64,000 nucleotides of DNA from Candidatus Thorarchaeota archaeon (GTDB lineage: Archaea > Asgardarchaeota > Thorarchaeia > Thorarchaeales > Thorarchaeaceae), in NCBI GenBank assembly GCA_011364985.1, contig RDOC01000004.1:64001-128000 (forward strand), read 5' to 3'. Positions 1 to 9,244 of the stretch are shown piece after piece (the first letter of the stretch is position 1; every line of letters begins with the position of its first letter). Under the pieces are notes generated by a model, which saw nothing but the letters and a program-made list of their open reading frames with translations, searched no databases and was not told the origin of the DNA. Made by a program: the position numbers and the translations under genes.

Positions 1-89
1 TACCTTTTCGCTCAGGGAGTGGTTGCTTCTGAAAAACGGAACTACCAGCAAATAGAAATTGGGGAAATTTCTCTGCAAGACGAACATCA

Positions 90-833
90 ATGCCTCTATG
101 GTCCGAACTAACCCGAAGGGAATTCCAAAAGGCTTCAAGAAACACTCACGTTGTTCTGATGGTCACTGGGGCACTTGAACCCCATGGAATGCACATGGCA
201 TTGGGAACAGACATCATCTTACCCACATACTTAGCAGAGAAGATAGCCAAGAGAACGGAAGCCATGGTATTACCAGCCATCCCATTTGGAGACAGCTGGA
301 GCTTTGACCTCTATGAGGGAACAGTATCTGTATCACCAGAAACCCTTGTGAGTCTCTACGCAGATGTGATGACTTCGGTCTTTAGAAACGGGTTCAGATA
401 CCTTGTTGCTTTGAACGGCCATGGCCCTAATGCAACCCTCCTTGAACAGGCAGCGAAAAAGGCCACGATGGCTGGAGAGCGAGTGGTCATAATAGTAAAC
501 TGGTGGATTGATCTAGCAAAGGATGTGAGGAAGATTGTGCTTGAATCACCTGAAGGCCATGCCGCAGAAGACGAAACTTCAGAGCTCATGTTCATTAGGC
601 CGGATCTAGTTGATATCTCAGCAGCTATGAAAAAGAGCGTCAAGACGAAATACCGAATTGTGTCGGCTGGGTACAGAGAGGAGCTTTATCCGGCCGCGAT
701 TCTTGGAGATCCAACTCTAGCATCAGAAGAGAAAGGAAGGCTGATAATTGAACAGGCGGAGACCGAACTGGTTGAACTCATCTCCCAACTCGAACGCGGC
801 GAAGTTCCTCTTGAGAAAGAGCCACGATCTTGA
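90..833 (+). CDS. Creatininase/creatinine amidohydrolase family protein
   Basis: Motifs GALEPHG..GTD, NGHGPN, GHAAEDETS and GDPTLASEEKG. Confidence 0.9.
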   Translation: MPLWSELTRREFQKASRNTHVVLMVTGALEPHGMHMALGTDIILPTYLAEKIAKRTEAMVLPAIPFGDSWSFDLYEGTVSVSPETLVSLYADVMTSVFRNGFRYLVALNGHGPNATLLEQAAKKATMAGERVVIIVNWWIDLAKDVRKIVLESPEGHAAEDETSELMFIRPDLVDISAAMKKSVKTKYRIVSAGYREELYPAAILGDPTLASEEKGRLIIEQAETELVELISQLERGEVPLEKEPRS

Positions 834-844
834 GATTCTGAATA

Positions 845-1708
845 CTAGATTCCCATCTTGAAAATGAGTGAGTCACGGAGAACCCGCTGGAACATCCTCA
901 AGAGATTCTTCCCTTCAGTTGCGATTGTTGGAAATACTGGATACCCTTGGACACCTAGCATGTCTACCATATAGTCAACTGGTAAGGCGTTTGGGAGGTC
1001 TCTCTTGTTTAGAGATACAATGATTGGCAATGTTGCCATCCTATCTGTTCCAAGCGCAATTCTCAATTCCTGGATTGAGGCAAGATTCTCGTTCATCTGC
1101 TCAGGGGTGGAATCAGCCATGAAGATTATTCCATCGACATTGCGAAGGACATTGATGCGTTGAGTTGCATGCCTTCGCTGTCCGGCCACTGTAAACACAT
1201 CAAACACAACATTTTCACTGGCAGACACCGGAATGAAATCGAAATATGTTGTACGTCCCAGTTCGTCGGAGATCTCAACGATCTTTCCCTTGGAGAGAGA
1301 CTTCACATTGGCAAACAGCCATCTCAAGGCAGTTGTCTTTCCAGACAGGGAGGGGCCATAGAATACGATCTTGATATGTATACGTCCCATCTCATCTCGT
1401 TTGAGATCCTCACCTGCAACAATCTCTTGTACTTTCTGAGGACCAATTTTCGCTCTACTAGCCAGCCTTTTCGTTCCCTCTTCATCAACTCGCAGCTCCG
1501 CTGATGAGGCCACAAGAGTCCCTTCAGGTTGCGGATGCAGTATCTCAGCTGATAGGGTCTCCTCAGTGCCAATAGGCGCATCACCCTCTGCTGCCCCCAC
1601 CTTAGCAGAGGATTCGACGTGTGTAGTATCGGGTTCTGGTATAGATTCTAATGCCGGGGATTCCTTCTTTTTGGTTCTTCTGAACCTTGACGTCAGCCTC
1701 CGTAGCAA
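845..1708 (-). CDS. MglA-like small GTPase with an N-terminal basic helix and disordered extension
   Basis: KIVFYGPSLSGKTT, GRTTYFDF, FTVAGQ, VDGIIFMADS and NKRD match the MglA pattern. Confidence 0.85.
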   Translation of the reverse strand: MLRRLTSRFRRTKKKESPALESIPEPDTTHVESSAKVGAAEGDAPIGTEETLSAEILHPQPEGTLVASSAELRVDEEGTKRLASRAKIGPQKVQEIVAGEDLKRDEMGRIHIKIVFYGPSLSGKTTALRWLFANVKSLSKGKIVEISDELGRTTYFDFIPVSASENVVFDVFTVAGQRRHATQRINVLRNVDGIIFMADSTPEQMNENLASIQELRIALGTDRMATLPIIVSLNKRDLPNALPVDYMVDMLGVQGYPVFPTIATEGKNLLRMFQRVLRDSLIFKMGI

Positions 1709-1793
1709 AGAGAACCTCTCTCCAAAGAGAAACGAATATGCAACCCGACTTAAATCTTAGGGGGATAGTATCCGCAGTGACCTTTATCAGCAA

Positions 1794-2939
1794 TTGGGCA
1801 TGGAATGTAGCATCATGCCATACCCGATTACTAAGGACTTCATTGAAAGCAACTTTCCGACACTCTCGACAATGACCTACCTAAACAACGCATCAACAGG
1901 AATCCCTCCAGTGTCTGCAATAAACGCAATGAAGCAGTACTTGGATGACAAAATACATGCAAAAGGCAGCTTTGAGGAAACCCTGCAGAACTTCAAAGCC
2001 GTCCGCGAGTCACTTGCAGAACTTCTTGGAGGACGGGAAGATCAGTATGCGTTCGTTTCCAGTACGTCTGCGGGAATCAACTCCTTTGCTCACAGCATCC
2101 AGTATCCTGAAGGATCCAACATTGTAATATGCGACTTGGAATTTCCTTCAAACTACATTCCTTGGCAAAATGCTAGTCGGCTTTACGGTGTTGAGTTACG
2201 TGTTGCCGATTCTCGAAATGGAGAAGCTCCTCTCGAAATCTTTGAAGAGCTTGTAGATGAGAACACCCGAGTGCTGTCGATCAGCCAAACGCAATTTGGC
2301 TCAGGATTTCGAGCAGACCTTAGGGGGTTGGCGAAGATTGTTCATGATGTCAATGGGTACCTAGTTGCCGATATAATACAGGCCGCAGGATGGGCTGATA
2401 CTGATCTCTCCAAGGAGAATGTAGACTTTGCCTCTGGCCAGGCGGCTAAGTGGCTTATCGGCCCAATTGGTGCGGGATACATCTACGTTGCAGACCAAAT
2501 TCTGGATAAGGTAACACCAAGATTCCTGTCGTGGTGGGGAGTCAAGGACATTATGAATTTCAGCTATGCCGATAGAGAACCCTTGCCGGATGCAAAGATG
2601 TTTCAGGTTGGGTCGCCAGCCATGATCTCGTATGTTGGGTTTATGGAGTCGCTCAAGCTGCTACTTGATATGCCGGCTGCAACAAGAGAGCGTATCACAC
2701 TCGAAAATGCAGAATATCTAAGGAAAAGACTTGCCGAAGAAGAAATCGGATTCTATGACTTTCCTGAGAAGAACAGATCACCAATCGTATCATGCAAACC
2801 AGACGATGTGGAAGAACTGCAAAAAAGGCTTCAGAATAGGAATATCCATTGTTCTGTTAGAAATGGAAGACTACGTATATCTCCACATTTTTATAATACG
2901 CATGAGGACATCGATGCACTTCTTGACTCTCTGAGGTGA
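1794..2939 (+). CDS. Class V PLP-dependent aminotransferase (cysteine desulfurase-like fold); true start may be a few codons downstream (MPYPIT)
   Basis: YLNNAS, EFPSN, ADIIQAAG, AAKWLIGPIGAG (PLP Lys) and RISPHFYN. Confidence 0.88.
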   Translation: MGMECSIMPYPITKDFIESNFPTLSTMTYLNNASTGIPPVSAINAMKQYLDDKIHAKGSFEETLQNFKAVRESLAELLGGREDQYAFVSSTSAGINSFAHSIQYPEGSNIVICDLEFPSNYIPWQNASRLYGVELRVADSRNGEAPLEIFEELVDENTRVLSISQTQFGSGFRADLRGLAKIVHDVNGYLVADIIQAAGWADTDLSKENVDFASGQAAKWLIGPIGAGYIYVADQILDKVTPRFLSWWGVKDIMNFSYADREPLPDAKMFQVGSPAMISYVGFMESLKLLLDMPAATRERITLENAEYLRKRLAEEEIGFYDFPEKNRSPIVSCKPDDVEELQKRLQNRNIHCSVRNGRLRISPHFYNTHEDIDALLDSLR

Positions 2940-2943
2940 TTTC

Positions 2944-3624
2944 TTGTTCAGACATGTTGCAGGTTCAGTGTATTTCAGAGTCAGCAACTCAATGGACTCG
3001 AATATTGGTTTCATTGATGGAGAGGACTCAAAGATCCTGATTGATGCAGGGACTGGCATCTACCATGGAAATCTGGAGAAGGATCTGCAAAGCATTGGAT
3101 CCTCGGCCGAAGAGATCACAGACATCATATTCACGCATAGTCACATTGACCATATTGGAGGCGTACTCCCTTTTCTTGAACTGCAATCATCAAGACTATA
3201 CCTACATCGTTCCGAGGGAGAACTCATCAATTCCGGAAATATGATGCTGACACTGGGAAATACATTTGGGGTGGACCTCCCACCATTCAAGATCCATCAT
3301 CTTCTTGAAGAAGGAGATACTATCACGTTTGGTGATGTAAATCTCGAAGTATACAATACACCAGGTCACTCCATAGGAAGCATTTGCCTACATATTGAAG
3401 ACCTACGGCTCATCTTCACAGGCGATACCATGTTTCCAGGAGGCAGTTTTGGCAGGGTCGATTTTCCAACAGGAAGTCCGAAGGATCTTGTGACTTCACT
3501 CAAGAGAATCAGTGAGATGGACTTCGAGACTGCGTTACCAGGACATATGAATGCAATATACAGCAATGCAAAAAAGCACGCAATATCCTCTTACAAAACG
3601 GCTCAAAGCTGGTTTAAGACTTAG
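2944..3624 (+). CDS. MBL-fold metallo-hydrolase (glyoxalase II-like)
   Basis: THSHIDHIGG, TPGHS, FTGDT and PGH. Confidence 0.9.
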   Translation: MFRHVAGSVYFRVSNSMDSNIGFIDGEDSKILIDAGTGIYHGNLEKDLQSIGSSAEEITDIIFTHSHIDHIGGVLPFLELQSSRLYLHRSEGELINSGNMMLTLGNTFGVDLPPFKIHHLLEEGDTITFGDVNLEVYNTPGHSIGSICLHIEDLRLIFTGDTMFPGGSFGRVDFPTGSPKDLVTSLKRISEMDFETALPGHMNAIYSNAKKHAISSYKTAQSWFKT

Positions 3625-4603
3625 TCATCGATTCGTGCAGCTCCTTAGCGGACAGGGGAGCTATCTCTGAACAAGATTCAGAGAGCTGCAGGAGCCTTGC
3701 CTCTAATCCTCTTACGAGTGCATAGACTGCTTCGCTAAATGGCGTTTCAATTCCCAATGCCTTTCCATTTCTGATTACTTCTCCAGTAATGGCCTCAATT
3801 TCAGTTCGCTTGCAGGCATTGATATCCTGAAGCATGGAATTCGTGTTCTCAGAGGTTGCCTTTGCTGTGCCCAGAGCGTAACGAATTGGATCAGGTGTGG
3901 TCAGTTCAATACCCATGGCGGCCGCCACTTCTGCAGCCTCCTCTACGAGACGAATCACTAGTTTTCTCAACAGGGGATCATTATAGATTTCTCCGTTCGT
4001 CAATCCTGTGAGCGCCCCAATCGGGTTTATTCCACAATTCACAATGGTCTTTGTCCAGACAACGCCTTCAATGTTATCAGACGCCCGAACATCGAAGCCT
4101 GCACGTTGAAGCAGACCAACAACCTTCTTGACTATCTCTTCGTTCTCTGGATAATGAGAGCCAATTTCAGTAACACCTGTTCCAGTGATAGTGACTTCAC
4201 CCGGGGATGTCATGATGGCACCCATACATGTTGTAGCCCTTAGCACCCTTCGTGATCTCAGTTGTTCAGCAACAATCTTCTCAGTGCCAATTCCATTCTG
4301 AATAACTAGGAGATACGCGCCTCCATCAATCAAGTGCCCAACACGCATAGCTGCTTCTATTGAATCGTGTGTCTTTGTAGTAAGCAGAACCAAGTCAGCC
4401 TGGTCCACATCCATAGGGTCAATAGCTGCCTTCAGTGGAAAGGTATGATTTCCAAGGACACCTTTCACCGTCAAGCCGCGCGTATTAATCATATTAACAT
4501 GCTCTGGTCGGCCAACCAGCAACATGACATCTTCACCAGCTTTACTTAGAAGAGCACCGTAAAGGCTTCCAATTGCGCCAGCACCCATAACAACGATCTT
4601 CAC
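3614..4603 (-). CDS. panE: 2-dehydropantoate 2-reductase
   Basis: GAGAIG, QNGIG, WTKTIVNCGINP and SMLQD..TEIEAITG; lies in the CoA cluster. Confidence 0.93.
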   Translation of the reverse strand: MKIVVMGAGAIGSLYGALLSKAGEDVMLLVGRPEHVNMINTRGLTVKGVLGNHTFPLKAAIDPMDVDQADLVLLTTKTHDSIEAAMRVGHLIDGGAYLLVIQNGIGTEKIVAEQLRSRRVLRATTCMGAIMTSPGEVTITGTGVTEIGSHYPENEEIVKKVVGLLQRAGFDVRASDNIEGVVWTKTIVNCGINPIGALTGLTNGEIYNDPLLRKLVIRLVEEAAEVAAAMGIELTTPDPIRYALGTAKATSENTNSMLQDINACKRTEIEAITGEVIRNGKALGIETPFSEAVYALVRGLEARLLQLSESCSEIAPLSAKELHESMTKS

Positions 4604-5376
4604 TGCAGTTCCTCCCTAGCTTTCGTTTCCAGATGCTTCATCATTAGACGTATAGCTTTACTCAAGTTCTTCTTATTGTCAAAGCTGGAAGCGATGGACA
4701 GAAGCCGATCACTTTGCATACCCTTCATCTCATGAGCACACTTCACCATCAATGGTAGTGCTCTCACAATATTGTCAACAATAGTGATATCGGAATGCAC
4801 AGCAGTCCTTGAGATTGGGTTAAGGTCAATGGTAATCACCTTCTTTCCAATAGCTTTCAAGGCTTCAGTGCGGTCACCATCTTCTAGGGGAACAAGCACA
4901 ATGTCGGCTTTGGCAATTCCCTCCGAGTCCACCTTACGGCGATTGCTGCTCAATTCAGGGATTATTTCTGATGGCCGCTCCATGGTTCCGTATACTTCCT
5001 TTGCGCCTGCATCTGTTAGAACTGAGAGAATGGCAGCTTCTCGCTCCTTCCGATAATAGAATAAGTTAATTTCAAGAGGGGCACCTGTCAGCTCAGAAAG
5101 AGCGACCAATTCTTTGGGAACAAGTGCACAGGCGTTGCCATTGACACTAATCATAGGATGTTTGGCAGTAAGCATTGCAGCAACAGCTGCTCTGCATGCC
5201 GCCTTAGCCTGCGAATTGGTTTCTTCACCGATGAGATAATCAAAAGCTTCGCCGCGACCGTGAGCCAGAAGCCCTGCAATCGCTACAACTTGCTTTCGAT
5301 GGCCATCTATGATCTTCTCTCGGACATCTAGAGACACTTTTCTCGGATGATCCTCAGGCACGTGGAGTGAAGTCAT
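4600..5376 (-). CDS. pps: Archaeal 4-phosphopantoate--beta-alanine ligase
   Basis: HPRK.SL, AHGRGEAFDYLIGE, PLEDGDR and IDLNPISRT. Confidence 0.95.
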   Translation of the reverse strand: MTSLHVPEDHPRKVSLDVREKIIDGHRKQVVAIAGLLAHGRGEAFDYLIGEETNSQAKAACRAAVAAMLTAKHPMISVNGNACALVPKELVALSELTGAPLEINLFYYRKEREAAILSVLTDAGAKEVYGTMERPSEIIPELSSNRRKVDSEGIAKADIVLVPLEDGDRTEALKAIGKKVITIDLNPISRTAVHSDITIVDNIVRALPLMVKCAHEMKGMQSDRLLSIASSFDNKKNLSKAIRLMMKHLETKAREELQ

Positions 5377-6306
5377 CTAGACCAACCGCCCCCCGTCTGA
5401 AGTGACCGAAGTTACTAGAATTTGATCCTGTGTCCAGAAGTGAGTCAAAATATCAACTACCGATCTGCTCTCCGATTCACTGCAGAACGAAAAGACTGAA
5501 TCACCAAGCATCACCATGCTGCATTCCTTGAAGCCAGAGGATTGAAGCTCAAGAAGCGCTGATTCCGTGCGCTCAGTCATTAGACCAGTTCTTCTGGAGA
5601 ATTCCCTAGCGGCAATAATGAAGTTGTCAAAATCGGGGCTAGCCAGTAGTCCTTCCAGAAGATCATCCCCTACACGGTTTATTCGCTCGCGTTTTTCCGG
5701 ATTAGTCAGGATTTCCTTCGTTTCCAGACCAGGGCTGCCAGCCAGCACAACCTGCTTCGAGTGATCGTAAGGGATTTTCACGACTTCGCCAATGCCAGGA
5801 GCACCAGGCTTTGTCCTCATCTCGAACCCTCCATGGCATTGTGCAATCACATCACCCAGACCAGTATGATTCACAACCTCAGCATAATGAGCATGCACGC
5901 CAGTTGTTTGGACACCAGTATCGTTGCCTATTAGTGATGAGAGAGCAAGGGCGGTTCCCAAAGCTCCTGCTCCAGAGGCACCGAATCCAATACCGATTGG
6001 AAGTTGGGATTCATGGGCAATCTCGATGTTGAATGTCGTATCATGATCTTCTAGCAATCTAAGGATCACCGCTGATGTTACTGGGGCATCAATCAGTTCA
6101 TTGTTGTACACTATGCGCATTTTCAGTGAACTACTTTCAGAGATTCTCACAGTTGTGAGCGTTCCAGCAGCAATAGAAAACCCAGCGCCAACGGAACCAC
6201 GGAAAAGAAGATTCTCAGCTTCATCATGGATTCTGAAAATCCCCGTTATGTGCCCCGGCACAAAAGCATAGGCTTCTTTCGATGTGGAATCGCCTTGTGA
6301 GGTCAA
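5377..6306 (-). CDS. pok: Archaeal pantoate kinase (GHMP family)
   Basis: AFVPGHITGIF, GSVGAG, PIGIGFGASGA and TGLGDV. Confidence 0.93.
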   Translation of the reverse strand: MTSQGDSTSKEAYAFVPGHITGIFRIHDEAENLLFRGSVGAGFSIAAGTLTTVRISESSSLKMRIVYNNELIDAPVTSAVILRLLEDHDTTFNIEIAHESQLPIGIGFGASGAGALGTALALSSLIGNDTGVQTTGVHAHYAEVVNHTGLGDVIAQCHGGFEMRTKPGAPGIGEVVKIPYDHSKQVVLAGSPGLETKEILTNPEKRERINRVGDDLLEGLLASPDFDNFIIAAREFSRRTGLMTERTESALLELQSSGFKECSMVMLGDSVFSFCSESESRSVVDILTHFWTQDQILVTSVTSDGGRLV

Positions 6307-6433
6307 CTTGTCCGATATTGGCTCTCTGCAGAAGCAGGTATAAAGTAATCTAATGCAACATATATTCTTCTTTATTCACTATATACGTGTATATACATTA
6401 TGTATCTGTGTTGAATACAAGAAGGCTGGAACC

Positions 6434-7408
6434 CTACTCCTTTCTGAGAGGGACAAGACTTGTGTATTGCTTCACTCGTGGGTCATTGCTTCGTGGCGCA
6501 GGATACGCCCAGCGGGCGTCAATATCACGACCACTTAGGTCGTAGATTCTGAAGCTCCCAGAGGACCAAGTAAGAGGACTGAACCCAAGAAGCAGAGTCT
6601 GTGTGCGCCAACTTGTGACTACCATATGACGATTCATTCCAGCAGTCGGAACCACGAGAAATACGTTTGAGAGTTCCATCAAGAGAGAGGTGCTAATTCG
6701 ATAGAAGAAGCTGTATGTCTTTCTGTGCTCCTCAGTGCCTTGTTCTCGCAGGTCATTTAAGTACCTTGAGATCGTTTCATCGTGAACGGCAGGGTCCATC
6801 ACATCGGAGAGCTCCTCAACATCTACAACAACTGCGGTTTCGAAGTAGTATGCTAAAGGAAATTCAGTTATGTGGAATAGAACAAACTTGTCCTTCGTAA
6901 TTATGTTGTACAGCTGCTGGAAGATAGACTGCTTGGAGTAGAGCATGCTGGGATCAAGAGCAGCCGGTTCGAAATCCTTTGACGAATCAGAAATGACTAG
7001 CCTGAACATATCGTCTAGCATGTCACCATCATAGCCAATTCGAACAATGTGGTAGGGCAGGTTTCTTGACCCTTCCTCCATTCGCCCGGTGCTAGCAAGA
7101 AACTCATTGAAATCGTTCCGAAATGTGTCCACTTCATTATCATTGTCAAGAACAAAAAGGGATTGTGTAGGAGTTCCAAAGGAGTTTAACACTCTATCGT
7201 ACGTGAGAAAACGAGCCCTCTTCTCGGGATCAAACTGACTAAAGAGGTTGTCAGGATTGGGAGAAGAGTCTGTCAAGGATACACACCTACAATTATCGTT
7301 ATGTACGGGTCGATAACCTATTCTTGAATAGAGTCTAGGCCAATTTGCGATTATGTTACTCAATGCAGAGAGACCTATATTGGTCTCGTTATTGACACCA
7401 CCGGACAT
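6434..7408 (-). CDS. Hypothetical protein (324 aa)
   Basis: Long ORF filling the gap between pok and coaBC; no recognisable motif. Confidence 0.7.
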   Translation of the reverse strand: MSGGVNNETNIGLSALSNIIANWPRLYSRIGYRPVHNDNCRCVSLTDSSPNPDNLFSQFDPEKRARFLTYDRVLNSFGTPTQSLFVLDNDNEVDTFRNDFNEFLASTGRMEEGSRNLPYHIVRIGYDGDMLDDMFRLVISDSSKDFEPAALDPSMLYSKQSIFQQLYNIITKDKFVLFHITEFPLAYYFETAVVVDVEELSDVMDPAVHDETISRYLNDLREQGTEEHRKTYSFFYRISTSLLMELSNVFLVVPTAGMNRHMVVTSWRTQTLLLGFSPLTWSSGSFRIYDLSGRDIDARWAYPAPRSNDPRVKQYTSLVPLRKE

Positions 7409-7526
7409 TAAGAACAGCTAATATATTCTTTACCCACCTGTTGTCCAAGAGGATTTGGCCCCATCTTTGATGAATAGGGCATAAGTTTCGTTCACTTTAT
7501 CAACGTATTATGACTGGAAAACACAG

Positions 7527-8774
7527 GTGAAGAAGATGGAACACACATCGAAGCTCATCATTGGCAGTCGAAGTCAAAATCTTCAAGGCCGCAAGATAGC
7601 ACTCTGCGTGACAGGAAGTGTGGCCGCCGTTGAATGTGTGGCGATCGCTAGGCTATTGATGCGTCATGGAGCGGAGGTATATTGCATGATGAGCCCGATG
7701 GCACACAAAATCATCCATCCATACCTTCTGGAATGGGCCACAGGTAATCCATGCATTACAGAGCTTACTGGCCAAATCGAACATGTCACTCTCGCGGGGA
7801 AGCACAAGAATCGTGTTGACTTGGTTCTAATCGCACCTTCAACTGCAAATACAATCGGGAAAATCGCGAACGGAATCGATGACACAACAGTTACAACAAC
7901 AGCATCATCAGCAATTGGAGCAGGAATTCCCTTGGTCATCGTTCCTGCGATGCACGAGTCAATGTATGAGCACCCATCAGTAATCGAGAACATTGAGAAG
8001 CTAAAAGAGATGGGCATTCATGTCATGTCTCCAAGGAGGGAAGAAGCAAAGGCAAAGATTCCCACCCCTGAATCGATTGTTGAGCATGTGATTGGATTAC
8101 TGGGTTCAAGAGACTTCGAAGGAAAACGGCTCGTAATTACAGCTGGACCGACCCGTGGTTGGATTGATAGGGTCCGCTTTGTGACAAATCCGTCCTCTGG
8201 GAAGATGGGCATCGAACTTGCACGAGAGGCGCTTGCCAGAGGAGCCATTGTGGAGCTCATATTGGGACCAACAGCTGAACAGCCTCCTGAAGAAGCAATC
8301 ATGAGAAGAGTTGATACGCCAGACGATATGTTGGCTGCCGTGCGGAACGCGTTAGCAGACGTGAAGGCAGATGCCTTCATCTCATCCGCAGCCGTACTTG
8401 ACTATATGCCTCCGAAGAAACTTGAAGAAAAAACTCCTTCTGGACGGGATAAGCTTGTTGTAGAGTTTTTGCCTACACAAAAGATAATCGAGGTAGTGCG
8501 AAAAGAAAACAAGGGGATGTACATAGTCGGCTTTAAAGTGGAATCAGAGGTCACAGATGAAGAACTTGAGAGACGAGCTCGCACCAAGATAGACGCGGGA
8601 ACCTGTGATCTTATGGTGGCTAATGACGCTGCTAGAAGTGGTGTTGCCTTTGGGGGCGATACAAACGAAATACTGATTATAGATGCCACAGGGATTGTGG
8701 ATAAAGTCGGTCTGACTTCCAAGCGAGAGGCTGCAAGAAGAATTCTAGATGTTGTGGCATCGAAACTTGAATAA
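7527..8774 (+). CDS. coaBC: Bifunctional phosphopantothenoylcysteine decarboxylase/synthetase
   Basis: CVTGSVAA, APSTANTIGKIANGIDD, PAMHESMY, TAGPT, NPSSGKMG and GFKVE. Confidence 0.96.
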   Translation: MKKMEHTSKLIIGSRSQNLQGRKIALCVTGSVAAVECVAIARLLMRHGAEVYCMMSPMAHKIIHPYLLEWATGNPCITELTGQIEHVTLAGKHKNRVDLVLIAPSTANTIGKIANGIDDTTVTTTASSAIGAGIPLVIVPAMHESMYEHPSVIENIEKLKEMGIHVMSPRREEAKAKIPTPESIVEHVIGLLGSRDFEGKRLVITAGPTRGWIDRVRFVTNPSSGKMGIELAREALARGAIVELILGPTAEQPPEEAIMRRVDTPDDMLAAVRNALADVKADAFISSAAVLDYMPPKKLEEKTPSGRDKLVVEFLPTQKIIEVVRKENKGMYIVGFKVESEVTDEELERRARTKIDAGTCDLMVANDAARSGVAFGGDTNEILIIDATGIVDKVGLTSKREAARRILDVVASKLE

Positions 8775-8782
8775 TCGCGGCT

Positions 8783-9145
8783 CTACAGAATCTCAAGCAG
8801 CGATTCAGCCATTCTTTTCATATCCACAAAGATGAGACCAAGCTGTGCATCCGCCTTGGCTAGTACTAGGAAAAGAGCACTGTCACCAACAGATGTAAGG
8901 AGGGTATATCCTTTGTCCCCCTTAACGTAAATTTCCAACAAAGTACCACGGTCGAGTTCACTTGTGGCTTTCTCACCAAGAGATAACATTGCAGCGCTAA
9001 TGGCAGCAACACGCTCTTGCTCACTTTCTGGAAGCGCTGATGAAATCATCAGCCCATCAAGTGAAACCAAGGCTGCACCTTCGACTCCGGGAACTGTTTC
9101 GAAATCCCGAATGATTTGGTTAATTGTATCGACACGACTTGACAT
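8783..9145 (-). CDS. Roadblock/LC7 (MglB-like) protein
   Basis: GVEGAALVSLDGLMISS..VAAISAAMLSLG..LGLI. Confidence 0.92.
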   Translation of the reverse strand: MSSRVDTINQIIRDFETVPGVEGAALVSLDGLMISSALPESEQERVAAISAAMLSLGEKATSELDRGTLLEIYVKGDKGYTLLTSVGDSALFLVLAKADAQLGLIFVDMKRMAESLLEIL

Positions 9146-9244
9146 CGATAGGCCTCTCTTTGGTCGAATCGGATGAGAATCATAATTGGACTCTATAAAA
9201 TGTTGTTGTCAGACATGCTCTTCATGTTCCTATTTTTGCGCAAT

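Noticed and set aside
1794-2939. SufS/IscS or selenocysteine lyase assignment
   Set aside because: The catalytic RxGxHC/SSGSAC loop is not recognisable, so it is left as a class V PLP enzyme.
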